The translations under genes and the position numbers were made by a program. Below are positions 36,949 to 45,335 of a stretch of 64,000 nucleotides of DNA, piece after piece; within the stretch, counting starts at the first letter, position 1, and each line of letters opens with the position of its first letter. This stretch comes from Anaerolineaceae bacterium (GTDB lineage Bacteria; Chloroflexota; Anaerolineae; Anaerolineales; UBA11657). The stretch is from assembly GCA_003569365.1 (NCBI GenBank), contig BGOS01000009.1:6580-70579 (forward strand), read 5' to 3'. The notes under the pieces were generated by a model, which was not told the DNA's origin, did not search any database, and worked only from the letters and a program-made list of their open reading frames with translations.

Positions 36949-37925
36949 GCTTTGCCCAGCACCAGAGCCAGCAGCGCCATGCGCACAAACATGCCGTACT
37001 CCATCTGGCGAAAATATGCGGCGCGCGGATCGTTGTCGACTTCCATGTCAATCTCGCCGACACGCGGCAGCGGGTGCATCACAATCATGCGTTCGCGCGC
37101 ACTGCGCAGCAGCGCAGCGTTGATTACGTAGCTGCCTTGAATGCGCTCGTACTCCGCCATATCTGTGAAGCGCTCCTTCTGCACGCGCGTCACATACAGC
37201 ACGTCGGTTTCGGGCAGCACAGCGGCCAGATCCGGCTGCTGGCGCTGCTCCACGCCGGCAGCTGCCAGTTGTGCCTGCAAGGCGGCGGGCAGCCGCAGGC
37301 TTTCCGGGGACACATAATTCAGGCGCACATTGTGCAGCGCCAGCAGTTGCACCAGTGAGTGCACCGTGCGCCCGTGTTTCAAGTCGCCCACCAGCGTCAC
37401 AGTGAGGCCGTCCAGCTGCCCCAGCTCCTCGCGAATGGTGAAAGTATCCAGCAGAGCCTGCGTGGGATGCTCGCCCGGCCCGTCGCCGGCGTTGATGATG
37501 GGCTTGCGCGCATAGCGGGCTGCTGTGTCGGCTGAGCCGCGCTCGGGATGGCGCAGCACAATTGCATCCGAATATGCCTCAAGCGTGCGGATGGTGTCGG
37601 GCAGCGATTCGCCTTTGGATACGGAGGAGAACTGCACATTGTTGATTTGAATGACCGAGCCGCCGAGGCGCTGCATTGCGGCCGCAAATGACGACGAGGT
37701 GCGCGTGGACGGCTCATAGAAAAGATTGGTGAGCACTTTGCCCTTGAGCAAGTCAAACGAGCCAACGCGCTGCACCATGGCGCGCATCTCTTGCGCCACC
37801 TCAAAAATAGTTGCCAGATCGGTTTTGTCAAATTGTGCGACCGTCAGGATGTGCTGGCCGTAGAAGCGGCTGTCGCGCTTTTCGCCAAAGGGCAGATGGC
37901 GGCTGATGTTGCTGTTGTTTGCCAT
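36945..37925 (-). CDS. pyrB: aspartate carbamoyltransferase catalytic subunit
   Basis: ATG 37925 is preceded by AGGAGAT. The upstream part of ORF 36945..38039 is junk. [35 protein letters not shown]. Confidence 0.9.
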   Translation of the reverse strand: MANNSNISRHLPFGEKRDSRFYGQHILTVAQFDKTDLATIFEVAQEMRAMVQRVGSFDLLKGKVLTNLFYEPSTRTSSSFAAAMQRLGGSVIQINNVQFSSVSKGESLPDTIRTLEAYSDAIVLRHPERGSADTAARYARKPIINAGDGPGEHPTQALLDTFTIREELGQLDGLTVTLVGDLKHGRTVHSLVQLLALHNVRLNYVSPESLRLPAALQAQLAAAGVEQRQQPDLAAVLPETDVLYVTRVQKERFTDMAEYERIQGSYVINAALLRSARERMIVMHPLPRVGEIDMEVDNDPRAAYFRQMEYGMFVRMALLALVLGKA

Positions 37926-37951
37926 GTTGATCTCCTGCTTGCCCCCAAAAA

Positions 37952-39028
37952 TTATACGGGCGGCAGCGCAGCCAGCTTGCCGCTGCCGGGGGCTGCCAGC
38001 ACCTGCCCGTCTGCGAACGCCAGCTGCCCGCGCACGCAAACACGCTGCACCCGGCCGGTGAGCTGCCAGCCTTCAAACGGCGACCACTTTGCGCGCGAAT
38101 GAAAATCGGCGCCGCGGACTTCCCATCTTTGCTGCGGGTCCACTTCAACCCAGGTGTCGGGCTGCGGTTGCAGGCCAAAGATGCGCGCCGGGTTGGTGTG
38201 CAGCAGCGCAACCAATTGCGCGTGCGAGAGGCGCCGGGGCGCGGGTGCGCTGAGCAAGAGCGCCAGCGCAGTTTCGAGTCCTGGAAAGCCGGGCGGGGGC
38301 TGCGGCCCGTCTTTTTCGGCTGGCAGGTGCGGCGCGTGATCGGTGGCAATGCAATCCACAACGCCGTCTTGCATGGCCTGCCACAAGGCAGCCTGGTCGG
38401 CTGCGTTGTTGAGCGCCGGGCGCACTTCGGCACGGCCAGCGCTGAGCGCTGCGGCATCCGCTGGCGTCAGAAGTAAATGGTGCGGGGTTACCTCGCAGGT
38501 GACAGGCAGCCCGCGCGCTTTGGCCGCCCGGATCACGGCGATCTCCGCCGCCCGACTGACGTGGCAGATGTGCACGCTGCGCTGCGCAAGCATAGCCAGC
38601 AAAATGGCGGCGGGCACGTGGTGGCCTTCGGCGTGGCACAGCAGCGGGCGCGTGGCAGGCCACGCGTGCATGTGCGCCTGCAGCGCGCCCAAGTCTTCAA
38701 TGCGCAGCGGGCCGTAAGTTTCGTTGAGGTAGAGCTTGAGGCCGGCGGTGTGCGGCGCAAGCGCTGCGACCGCAGCCGCGTTCAGTTCTGTTCCGCCGGC
38801 GTACACGCCGTAGTCGCAGCGCGCATTGGATGCCGCGGCGGATAGCGTGGTTTGCAGGCTGGTGTTGTCCGTCAGCGGCGGTTGCGTGTTGGGCATTGCC
38901 AGCACGCAGGTGAACCCGCCGGCCAGCGCTGCGGCGGTGCCGCTGCTCCAATCTTCCTTGTGTGTGGCGCCGGGGTCGCGCAGGTGCACATGCGCATCAA
39001 TCAGGCCGGGAAAGCGCAGCCGGCTCAT
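37952..39028 (-). CDS. pyrC: dihydroorotase
   Basis: [27 protein letters not shown].... I prefer ATG 39028 over the ORF-track TTG 39043, because 39042-39066 is an intrinsic-terminator structure. Confidence 0.88.
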   Translation of the reverse strand: MSRLRFPGLIDAHVHLRDPGATHKEDWSSGTAAALAGGFTCVLAMPNTQPPLTDNTSLQTTLSAAASNARCDYGVYAGGTELNAAAVAALAPHTAGLKLYLNETYGPLRIEDLGALQAHMHAWPATRPLLCHAEGHHVPAAILLAMLAQRSVHICHVSRAAEIAVIRAAKARGLPVTCEVTPHHLLLTPADAAALSAGRAEVRPALNNAADQAALWQAMQDGVVDCIATDHAPHLPAEKDGPQPPPGFPGLETALALLLSAPAPRRLSHAQLVALLHTNPARIFGLQPQPDTWVEVDPQQRWEVRGADFHSRAKWSPFEGWQLTGRVQRVCVRGQLAFADGQVLAAPGSGKLAALPPV

Positions 39029-39093
39029 CGGGCTGTGGCGCAAAAAAAGAGAGCCGCATGGCTCTCGATCTGCTTAGTTTTGGCGGGCGCCAT
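39025..39093 (-). CDS. candidate pyr leader peptide (22 codons)
   Basis: Hand translation gives ATG GCG CCC GCC AAA ACT AAG CAG ATC GAG AGC CAT GCG GCT CTC TTT TTT TGC GCC ACA GCC CGA TGA, i.e. [22 protein letters not shown]. It reads through the terminator hairpin and the T7 tract. Its TGA overlaps the pyrC ATG (ATGA). No clear SD. Confidence 0.3.
   Translation of the reverse strand: MAPAKTKQIESHAALFFCATAR
39042..39066 (-). terminator. intrinsic terminator / attenuator immediately upstream of pyrC
   Basis: The minus strand reads GAGAGCC-ATGC-GGCTCTC followed by TTTTTTT: a 7-bp stem, 4-nt loop and T7 tract. The tract ends 13 nt before the pyrC ATG. Confidence 0.7.
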
Positions 39094-39115
39094 TATTATC
39101 AAAGGCACACTGTAG

Positions 39116-39143
39116 ATTCTATTTGAAAAATGGGCGGCGTCAA
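39116..39143 (-). promoter_or_regulatory. sigma70-like promoter candidate for the pyr operon
   Basis: Minus strand: TTGACG (39143-39138), a 16-nt spacer, then TAGAAT (39121-39116). It lies downstream of the stop of the 562-aa gene and upstream of the terminator hairpin. Confidence 0.45.
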
Positions 39144-39162
39144 GCGGGGCTTGTGCCGGCGC

Positions 39163-40851
39163 CTAATCATCCGGGGCAGCATCTGTCTCCACCAGCTCGC
39201 AGTCCAGCAGCAAGCCGTATTCCAGTAATGCGGCGCGCAACTTTTCCCAGCTGCGTTCGGGCACCATCACCGTTAGCGGCCCCAAACGCTCGCCTAAAAA
39301 GCTGCCCACGTGCGGGTGTTGCTGCAGCTGTTGCAGCAGTGCCTCACTGCTCACGCGCAGCACAACTGTGGGCTGCAGGCGCGCCTCGCTGCTGTGCTGC
39401 GCAAAGCGCTGCAGCGCGCGCTGGACGGCCGGCGGCAGCGGAGCTCCACTGGCGCGCTGCAGGAATGCCAGTGCCTGCCTGACGTCAATGCCCTGCAGTT
39501 GCGCGCGCCGCAAGCTGGCAGTTGTAATCTGGTAGGAATAACTTTCGGGCTGCAGGGGCAGCTGCCAATCCGCCAGGCGCGCAGCTTGGTAGCGGTCCGC
39601 CTGCGGTGCATTTACCGGAACTGTGATGCTGCCAGCCGCATGCAGCACAAGCTGCTGCGAGTTTTCCGGCACCAAAAACTCCGCGTTACTTAGTAATGAA
39701 AAGAAATGCGGCGTGAGCCGAAACTCACTTGCCGGTGCATTGGCTTCAGCGCCCGCCAAATCCGCCAGGCCCAGCCAGTGCAGCGGGCCGCAAACCAAAA
39801 AGCGCACCAGCGCACCATCAATTTGCTCCCAGTGCGCCGCGCCGCGCAAGGCTGCGCCGGTTTGCGCATCGCGCACATACCACGCGTCGTAATCGCCGGG
39901 GGCGCGCTGAAAATCCGGCGCTGTGCTGCGCACAAGCGTCACGAAGTCATTCAGGCTGTGCCAGGTGTTCGCCGCCACGGGCAGCAGGGCAAGCAGCAGC
40001 TGGCGCGTTTGCACGGCAGCGGTTTGTGGCGGCGCTGCGGAGTCAAAGTGCAGGCTGGGCACCTGCAACAGGTCATTCCACTCCTGGCAACTTAGCCATG
40101 CCTGCGCCAGCTGGCACAGCTGCGCTGCGCGCGATGCCAGCAAAAAGCTGCGCAGCGCCTGGCTGTGGGCCGGATCGTCGCCCGGCAGCTGCAGCGAGCG
40201 CAGCAATTCGAGCACGAGCGGCAAGGCTTGCGGCTTGCGTAAAAAGCTGCGCAGGCGCCGGGCATCTGCGGTGGCAAGACCGCCGCGCGCCAGATTGCTG
40301 GCGCCAAAGCTGCGCGCATACGCCAGCACGGTCACGGCGTCATCCACCAAAGCGGAGTCTGCGGTGCGCACATCCACGCCGGGCTCGGTGGGCAGTACCT
40401 CAGGTTTGGCTGCAGCACTCGCAGGCAACAGCGCACGCAGCTCCTCCGGCACAAAAAAGAAATCCTGCAGGCGGCCCGCATGCGTCTGCTGCATTTTTCC
40501 CATCAAGCCGGCATACCACAATGCCTCGCTGGCATTGGCTGGCACAAGGTGCGGCCGCTCGCGCTCGCGCGCACCCGCGCCCAAGGGCCGCAGCGCGCCA
40601 AAGCGGCGGGAAAACGCGGCTGCCGGCAGCCCAAGAGCCGGGCCCGCCAGCAGGCTTTGCAATGCAGTCTGCGCTTCTTTGGTCAGCGCAGCAGCCACCT
40701 GCAGCGCAAAACCAGCGGCTAGCATTTGGCTCGCAAGCGCGTTGGCGGCCTGACGCGCGGTGGAGCCGCGCAGTTCAACGGCCAGTGCTTCCGCAACTGC
40801 GCGCAGCATGCTCAGGTCGTGCTCGCCGTAAGCTTGTTGCAGGGTGGGCAT
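39163..40851 (-). CDS. hypothetical 562-aa soluble protein, possibly of the helicase-associated XPB-N-terminal-like domain family
   Basis: Long ORF with normal Leu/Ala-rich composition. The C-terminal segment (YQITTASLRRAQLQGIDVRQALAFLQRASGAPLPPAVQRALQRF...VMVPERSWEKLRAALLEYGLLLD) resembles, from memory, the N-terminal region of bacterial XPB-type helicases and their partner proteins. This is not verifiable here. Confidence 0.6.
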   Translation of the reverse strand: MPTLQQAYGEHDLSMLRAVAEALAVELRGSTARQAANALASQMLAAGFALQVAAALTKEAQTALQSLLAGPALGLPAAAFSRRFGALRPLGAGARERERPHLVPANASEALWYAGLMGKMQQTHAGRLQDFFFVPEELRALLPASAAAKPEVLPTEPGVDVRTADSALVDDAVTVLAYARSFGASNLARGGLATADARRLRSFLRKPQALPLVLELLRSLQLPGDDPAHSQALRSFLLASRAAQLCQLAQAWLSCQEWNDLLQVPSLHFDSAAPPQTAAVQTRQLLLALLPVAANTWHSLNDFVTLVRSTAPDFQRAPGDYDAWYVRDAQTGAALRGAAHWEQIDGALVRFLVCGPLHWLGLADLAGAEANAPASEFRLTPHFFSLLSNAEFLVPENSQQLVLHAAGSITVPVNAPQADRYQAARLADWQLPLQPESYSYQITTASLRRAQLQGIDVRQALAFLQRASGAPLPPAVQRALQRFAQHSSEARLQPTVVLRVSSEALLQQLQQHPHVGSFLGERLGPLTVMVPERSWEKLRAALLEYGLLLDCELVETDAAPDD

Positions 40852-41122
40852 GGGTTTTCAGGCCAAAGCTGCTGCTGGCATGCTAATTGCAGTATCCCCA
40901 ACATGGCCGCCCGGTTGGCGGCAAAAAATCTGTTGAAAATTGATGGCGGACCATTGTTGACCGAATAACACTAGATGGGAGCTGATTTTTATGGTAATAT
41001 TTACGCGCTTCCCCGGCGGTGGTCTCATAATGGAGACACTGCTAATGTTACCTATTAATCGGCCCGTCCAATTTAATATCTTAGGCAACAGCTAACCACC
41101 AACTAAGGGGAGTATATTTATC

Positions 41123-41602
41123 ATGGAAGATCCTGAAGAAACCAACAATCGCACGTTTATGATTGCGTCCATTGCGTTGGGCGGCATTTTTGTGGCCGGG
41201 CTGGTGGCGCTGGGCATATATATGTTCCGCATCCGGCCGGCGCAGATGGCAGCCTCTGCCGCACGCACTGCCGAGATCAACCTGCAGAACACGCAGGTGG
41301 CCGTGGACGCGCAGGCAACTGCGGACGGAATGGCGGTGGCGGCAGTGGTTGCCACGCCCGTGCCAGTGCAGAACGTGGCCGCAGTGCCGACTGTGGCACC
41401 CACGGCAGTAGTAGCTCCGACAGCCACAATGGCAGCGGTATCCGCTGCGGTGGTGGCGCCTACGGCTGCGCCCGCTAATAGCAAGACCCTGCCGGACACC
41501 GGCTTTGCCGATGACATCGGCCTGCCAACGCTTTTGATGTCCGTGGCCGGTTTGCTGGGCGTGATTGTGGTCACGCGCTCCATTCGGCGCTTCGCAAACT
41601 AG
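41123..41602 (+). CDS. small LPXTG-type sortase substrate with an N-terminal membrane anchor
   Basis: 159 aa with SD AAGGGGAG upstream. N-terminal TM FMIASIALGGIFVAGLVALGIYMF. An Ala/Val/Thr/Pro-rich middle section. C-terminal sorting signal: LPDTG, then hydrophobic LPTLLMSVAGLLGVIVV, then RSIRR. Confidence 0.75.
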   Translation: MEDPEETNNRTFMIASIALGGIFVAGLVALGIYMFRIRPAQMAASAARTAEINLQNTQVAVDAQATADGMAVAAVVATPVPVQNVAAVPTVAPTAVVAPTATMAAVSAAVVAPTAAPANSKTLPDTGFADDIGLPTLLMSVAGLLGVIVVTRSIRRFAN

Positions 41603-41609
41603 CACAGCT

Positions 41610-41647
41610 GCAGCCGGCCCGGCGGCAATTGCCGTTGGGCCGGCTGC
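41610..41647. terminator. 11-bp GC-rich hairpin between convergent genes (candidate bidirectional terminator)
   Basis: gcagccggccc (41610-41620) pairs perfectly with gggccggctgc (41637-41647). The loop contains ggcaattgcc. There is no U tract on either side. Confidence 0.45.
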
Positions 41648-41656
41648 GGTTCGCCG

Positions 41657-43114
41657 TCAGGCGCGCTGCGCCACCAGTTTGCCATAATCCAGCAGGGCCG
41701 CGAGGTCCTGCTCTGTGCGGGCTTCGGCATATACGCGCAGCACCGGCTCGGTGCCGGAGGCGCGGATTAGCAGCCACGAGTCATCCTCCATCAGGTACTT
41801 CACGCCATCCAGCGATTGCACTTCGCGCATGCGCAGCGCACCAATTTGCTGCGGCGCTTGTTCGCATAACTCGCGGGTGAGCGCAGCGCGGCTCACCGGC
41901 CGCGCCAGGCGCAGGTCCGCGCGCTCATAAAGCGCCGGCCCAAAATCCACCAGCAGCTGCTCCACCAGCTCGTGCAGGGGCGCGCCGTATGCTGCCATCA
42001 GCTCCAGCAGCAGCAAGCCCATCATGATGCCGTCACCTTCTGGAATGTGGCCATGGATGCTGATGCCGCCCGACTCTTCGCCGCCGATCAGCACTTTCTC
42101 AGACAGCATGCGATCTGCAATGTGATTGAACCCAACCGGCGTCTCGTGCAATGCCAGCTTGTATTGCAGCGCCTGGCGATTGAGCATGCGCGTGGTTGAG
42201 ACCGTCTTTACAACCGCGCCATTGCGCTGCTTGCGTTCCACCAGGTAACGCAGGCACAGCGCCATAATTTTGTGCGGATCCACAAACTGGCCGCGGCCGT
42301 CCATCGCGCCGATGCGGTCGGCGTCGCCGTCGGTTATCAGCCCCACATCCCCATGCCCGCTGGCAATTGCGCTCGCCGTGGGCCCCAGATACTTAAGGAT
42401 TGGCTCCGGATGCACGCCGCCAAAACCGGGGTTCATCTCGCCGCGAATCTCCAGCACCTCCACGCCGCTGCCGCCGAGCAAGGCTTTAATGTAGCCGCGC
42501 CCTGATCCGTACATCGCATCGGCAACCACGTGCAAGCGCCCGGGGTGCGCTGCAATCTGGTCAAAGTCCAGCAGGCTGCGCAACGCGTCCGCGTACGGCT
42601 GCATCGGATTGAAGCGCACGATGCGCCCCGCCGCAACTGCCTGGTCATAGTCCATCAAGTTCGGTCCGCGCGCGCGGTTCTCGTTGTCGTTCAGGCACAC
42701 CTCCACCGCGCGGCACTGGTCCGGCAGTGCACTGCCACCGTACGCAGCCTTAAGTTTGATGCCGTTGTAGCGCGGTGCGTTGTGCGACGCAGTCACCATC
42801 ACGCCGGCTGCGGCGCGTTGTTGCAGCACCGCATGCGACAACACCGGCGTGGGCACATCCGTGTGCGTCAGCAGCACTTGCAGCCCGTTGGCCGCCAGTA
42901 CCCGCGCCACCTCCACCGCGTAGCGGTCGGACAGGAAGCGCGTGTCAAAGCCCACCAGCACTTTGCGCGCATCGTGGCTTTGGTGCTGCGCAGCCAGCCA
43001 GTCAGAGGAGTTGACCGCGTCCGCAACCGCCTGTGACACGAGGCGCAGGTTGTTGAACGTGAAGGTGTCGGAAATTACCGCCCGCCAGCCGTCGGTGCCA
43101 AATTGGATAGTCAT
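41657..43114 (-). CDS. alpha-D-phosphohexomutase (phosphoglucomutase/phosphomannomutase family)
   Basis: 485 aa. MTIQFGTDGWRAVISD, the phosphoserine loop GVMVTASHNAPRYNGIK, and the metal loop ITDGDADR. Confidence 0.9.
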   Translation of the reverse strand: MTIQFGTDGWRAVISDTFTFNNLRLVSQAVADAVNSSDWLAAQHQSHDARKVLVGFDTRFLSDRYAVEVARVLAANGLQVLLTHTDVPTPVLSHAVLQQRAAAGVMVTASHNAPRYNGIKLKAAYGGSALPDQCRAVEVCLNDNENRARGPNLMDYDQAVAAGRIVRFNPMQPYADALRSLLDFDQIAAHPGRLHVVADAMYGSGRGYIKALLGGSGVEVLEIRGEMNPGFGGVHPEPILKYLGPTASAIASGHGDVGLITDGDADRIGAMDGRGQFVDPHKIMALCLRYLVERKQRNGAVVKTVSTTRMLNRQALQYKLALHETPVGFNHIADRMLSEKVLIGGEESGGISIHGHIPEGDGIMMGLLLLELMAAYGAPLHELVEQLLVDFGPALYERADLRLARPVSRAALTRELCEQAPQQIGALRMREVQSLDGVKYLMEDDSWLLIRASGTEPVLRVYAEARTEQDLAALLDYGKLVAQRA

Positions 43115-43361
43115 AGTTTTACTTGAGGCGGTGAAGTCTAAGGCCGGTGATCAGGCTGTGGTGCGGGCGCTTGCGCCGGCTGGCTGCCAGCCCCGCGCCG
43201 GGTGCCAGCGTAAAGTTGCCCGCAGGCAACACTTAGCGGGCCGGAAAAGTGCGCTGAGCCGTTTTGCTCCCAGTAGCCGCCAGTATAACACCGGCGGCGT
43301 TTTATTTGACTTTGGCCCATGCATGCTTTAGCATTGCCTTTGCCCGCATTAATTTTTCATT

Positions 43362-44591
43362 ATGAGTGCGCAGTTCCCGCTCTTTGCTGCTGAACCGGTC
43401 TGGTCAGTGGCTGCGCTCACGCACTTTGTGCGCGAGCTGTTTGATTCAAATTCGCAGATGCAGGATCTTTCTGTCGAGGGTGAAGTCTCCAATCTCACGC
43501 GTTCCACGGCCGGGCACCTGTACTTTACTTTGCGCGATGCGCAGGCTGCGCTCAGTTGCGTTGTGTGGCGTGCGGACGCGCAGCAGCTGGCGCGCCAGCC
43601 AATTAACGGTGATCAGGTGGTGGCTTTCGGATCGGTCAGTGTTTACGAGCAGACGGGCCGCTACCAGTTGTACGCTACCAGCGTGCAGTTGGCTGGCTTG
43701 GGCGAGCGCCTGCGCCAGCTAGAGGAGCTCAAGCGCCGGCTGGCGGCGGAGGGCTTGTTTGACGCAGGGCGCAAGCGCGCACTGCCCGCTATGCCGCGCC
43801 ATATTGCGCTTGTCACCTCGCCGCGCGGCGCGGCCGTGAGCGACATGCGCCGCGTGCTGGCGCGGCGCTGGCCGCTGGCACTGGTGTCACTGCTGCCCGC
43901 CGTGGTGCAGGGCGACAGTGCACCGGATGAAATTGTGGCGGCGCTGCAGGCCGCAAACCGCAAGCAGCCGGATGTAATTCTGCTGGCGCGTGGCGGCGGT
44001 GCAATCGAGGATTTGTGGGCCTTCAACGATGAGCGCGTTGTGCGCGCGATTGTGGCGTCAGCTGCGCCGGTGGTGACAGGCGTCGGGCATGAGACGGATG
44101 TGACTCTTGCAGATTTTGCAGCGGATGTGCGCGCTGCCACGCCATCCGTGGCGGCCGAGCTGGCCACGCCCAACCAGTATGACGTGCGCCAGCAGCTTGA
44201 TCGCAGCAGCGCGCGCCTGAATTCCCTGATGCGCGGCGCCCTGACGCACCACAACGCAGCTTTGCTTGATGCCTTGCGCATGCTGCAGGCCCTCTCGCCG
44301 CGCGCGCAGCTGCGCGCAACCGCTGCGCGCCTGCAGGGTTTGCAAGTGCGCCTGCAGCGCGGCCTGCAAAGCCGCCTGCAGCTGCAGCGCGCACACTTGG
44401 ACCGGATGCAGCAGCTGCTGCTAACGCTGGGCCCCGCTCCCACGCTGGCCCGCGGTTACGCTATAGTGACACATGCGGGCGTTGTGGTGCGGCAGGCGCA
44501 AGCAGTGCCGCCGCCGGCACAAGTGCAGGTCCGGCTGGCGCAGGGTTCTTTTACGGCCGAAGTGCAGGAGATTACAGCCACGGGTGGCTAG
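43362..44591 (+). CDS. xseA: exodeoxyribonuclease VII large subunit
   Basis: 409 aa. SVEGEVSNLTRSTAGHLYFTLRD, IALVTSPRGAAVSD, LLARGGGAIEDLWAFNDE, GVGHETD. Confidence 0.9.
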   Translation: MSAQFPLFAAEPVWSVAALTHFVRELFDSNSQMQDLSVEGEVSNLTRSTAGHLYFTLRDAQAALSCVVWRADAQQLARQPINGDQVVAFGSVSVYEQTGRYQLYATSVQLAGLGERLRQLEELKRRLAAEGLFDAGRKRALPAMPRHIALVTSPRGAAVSDMRRVLARRWPLALVSLLPAVVQGDSAPDEIVAALQAANRKQPDVILLARGGGAIEDLWAFNDERVVRAIVASAAPVVTGVGHETDVTLADFAADVRAATPSVAAELATPNQYDVRQQLDRSSARLNSLMRGALTHHNAALLDALRMLQALSPRAQLRATAARLQGLQVRLQRGLQSRLQLQRAHLDRMQQLLLTLGPAPTLARGYAIVTHAGVVVRQAQAVPPPAQVQVRLAQGSFTAEVQEITATGG

Positions 44592-44602
44592 CTGACAAAA
44601 AC

Positions 44603-44839
44603 ATGAAAGCAGTTTCCAAGCTTACATTTGAAGAAGCAGCTGCGGAGCTGGACAGTATTGTGGTGCAGATGGAGGGTGGTGAGGTGCCGCTGGAGGCGGC
44701 GCTCAAGCTGTATGAACGCGGACAGGCGCTGGCGCAGCACTGCCAGGCACTGCTGCAGGCAGCAGAAAAGAAGGTGCGCAAACTGCAGCCGGATGGCGCC
44801 GAAGAGGCGGACGCGGATGAAGACGGGGACGATGCCTGA
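44603..44839 (+). CDS. xseB: exodeoxyribonuclease VII small subunit
   Basis: 78 aa, 11 nt after xseA. FEEAAAELDSIVVQMEGGEVPLEAALKLYERGQALAQHCQ. Confidence 0.88.
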   Translation: MKAVSKLTFEEAAAELDSIVVQMEGGEVPLEAALKLYERGQALAQHCQALLQAAEKKVRKLQPDGAEEADADEDGDDA

Positions 44840-44885
44840 GCGCCGCCAAACGCCGCCGCAGATAGTTGGCACCGCACACTAAACC

Positions 44886-45335
44886 ATGCATCTAAACCAG
44901 CCTTTGCTCGCGGCGCTTGTGGCGTGGCTGATGGCACAAGCCCTGAAGCTGCCACTCGAATATTGGCACACTGGCGAATGGCATTTCGAAATTTTGTTCA
45001 GCAGCGGCGGCATGCCCAGCTCGCATTCCGCGCTGGTTGCCGGCCTGGCGTGGGGCTTTGGCCTGCACAGCGGGTTTGCCACCAATGAGTTTGCCGTGGC
45101 AGTTGTGCTGGCAATGATTGTGATCTATGACGCCACCGGCATCCGGCGCGCAGCTGGTGAGCAGGCGCGGGTGATCAACCGCCTGCTGCGCGAACTGGCT
45201 GCCGGACACCCGCCCAAAGAGGAAGAGCTGCGCGAGCTGCTGGGCCACACGCCGCTGCAAGTGGCAGCGGGCACGCTGCTGGGAATATTGGTGGCGTGGG
45301 TTCTGTGGAGCGGCTTCTTGCAGCGCCTACTCTGA
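44886..45335 (+). CDS. divergent PAP2 family membrane protein (acid phosphatase/vanadium haloperoxidase-related)
   Basis: 149 aa. SGGMPSSHSALVAGLA...VIYDATGIRRAAGEQA.... Confidence 0.8.
   Translation: MHLNQPLLAALVAWLMAQALKLPLEYWHTGEWHFEILFSSGGMPSSHSALVAGLAWGFGLHSGFATNEFAVAVVLAMIVIYDATGIRRAAGEQARVINRLLRELAAGHPPKEEELRELLGHTPLQVAAGTLLGILVAWVLWSGFLQRLL

Noticed and set aside
39029-39110. PyrR-binding anti-antiterminator in the pyr leader
   Set aside because: The leader has GAUCGAGAGCC. That is not the UCCAGAGAGG-type binding-loop consensus as I remember it, and the GAGAG here is part of the terminator stem itself. No pyrR gene is in the window. The leader-ORF model fits better.
39729-40886. 385-aa + strand ORF (and 39923..40753) opposite the 562-aa hypothetical gene
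   Set aside because: Their composition is Ala/Arg/Pro-rich junk. The minus-strand frame has a balanced Leu/Ala/Gln composition and a canonical ATG.
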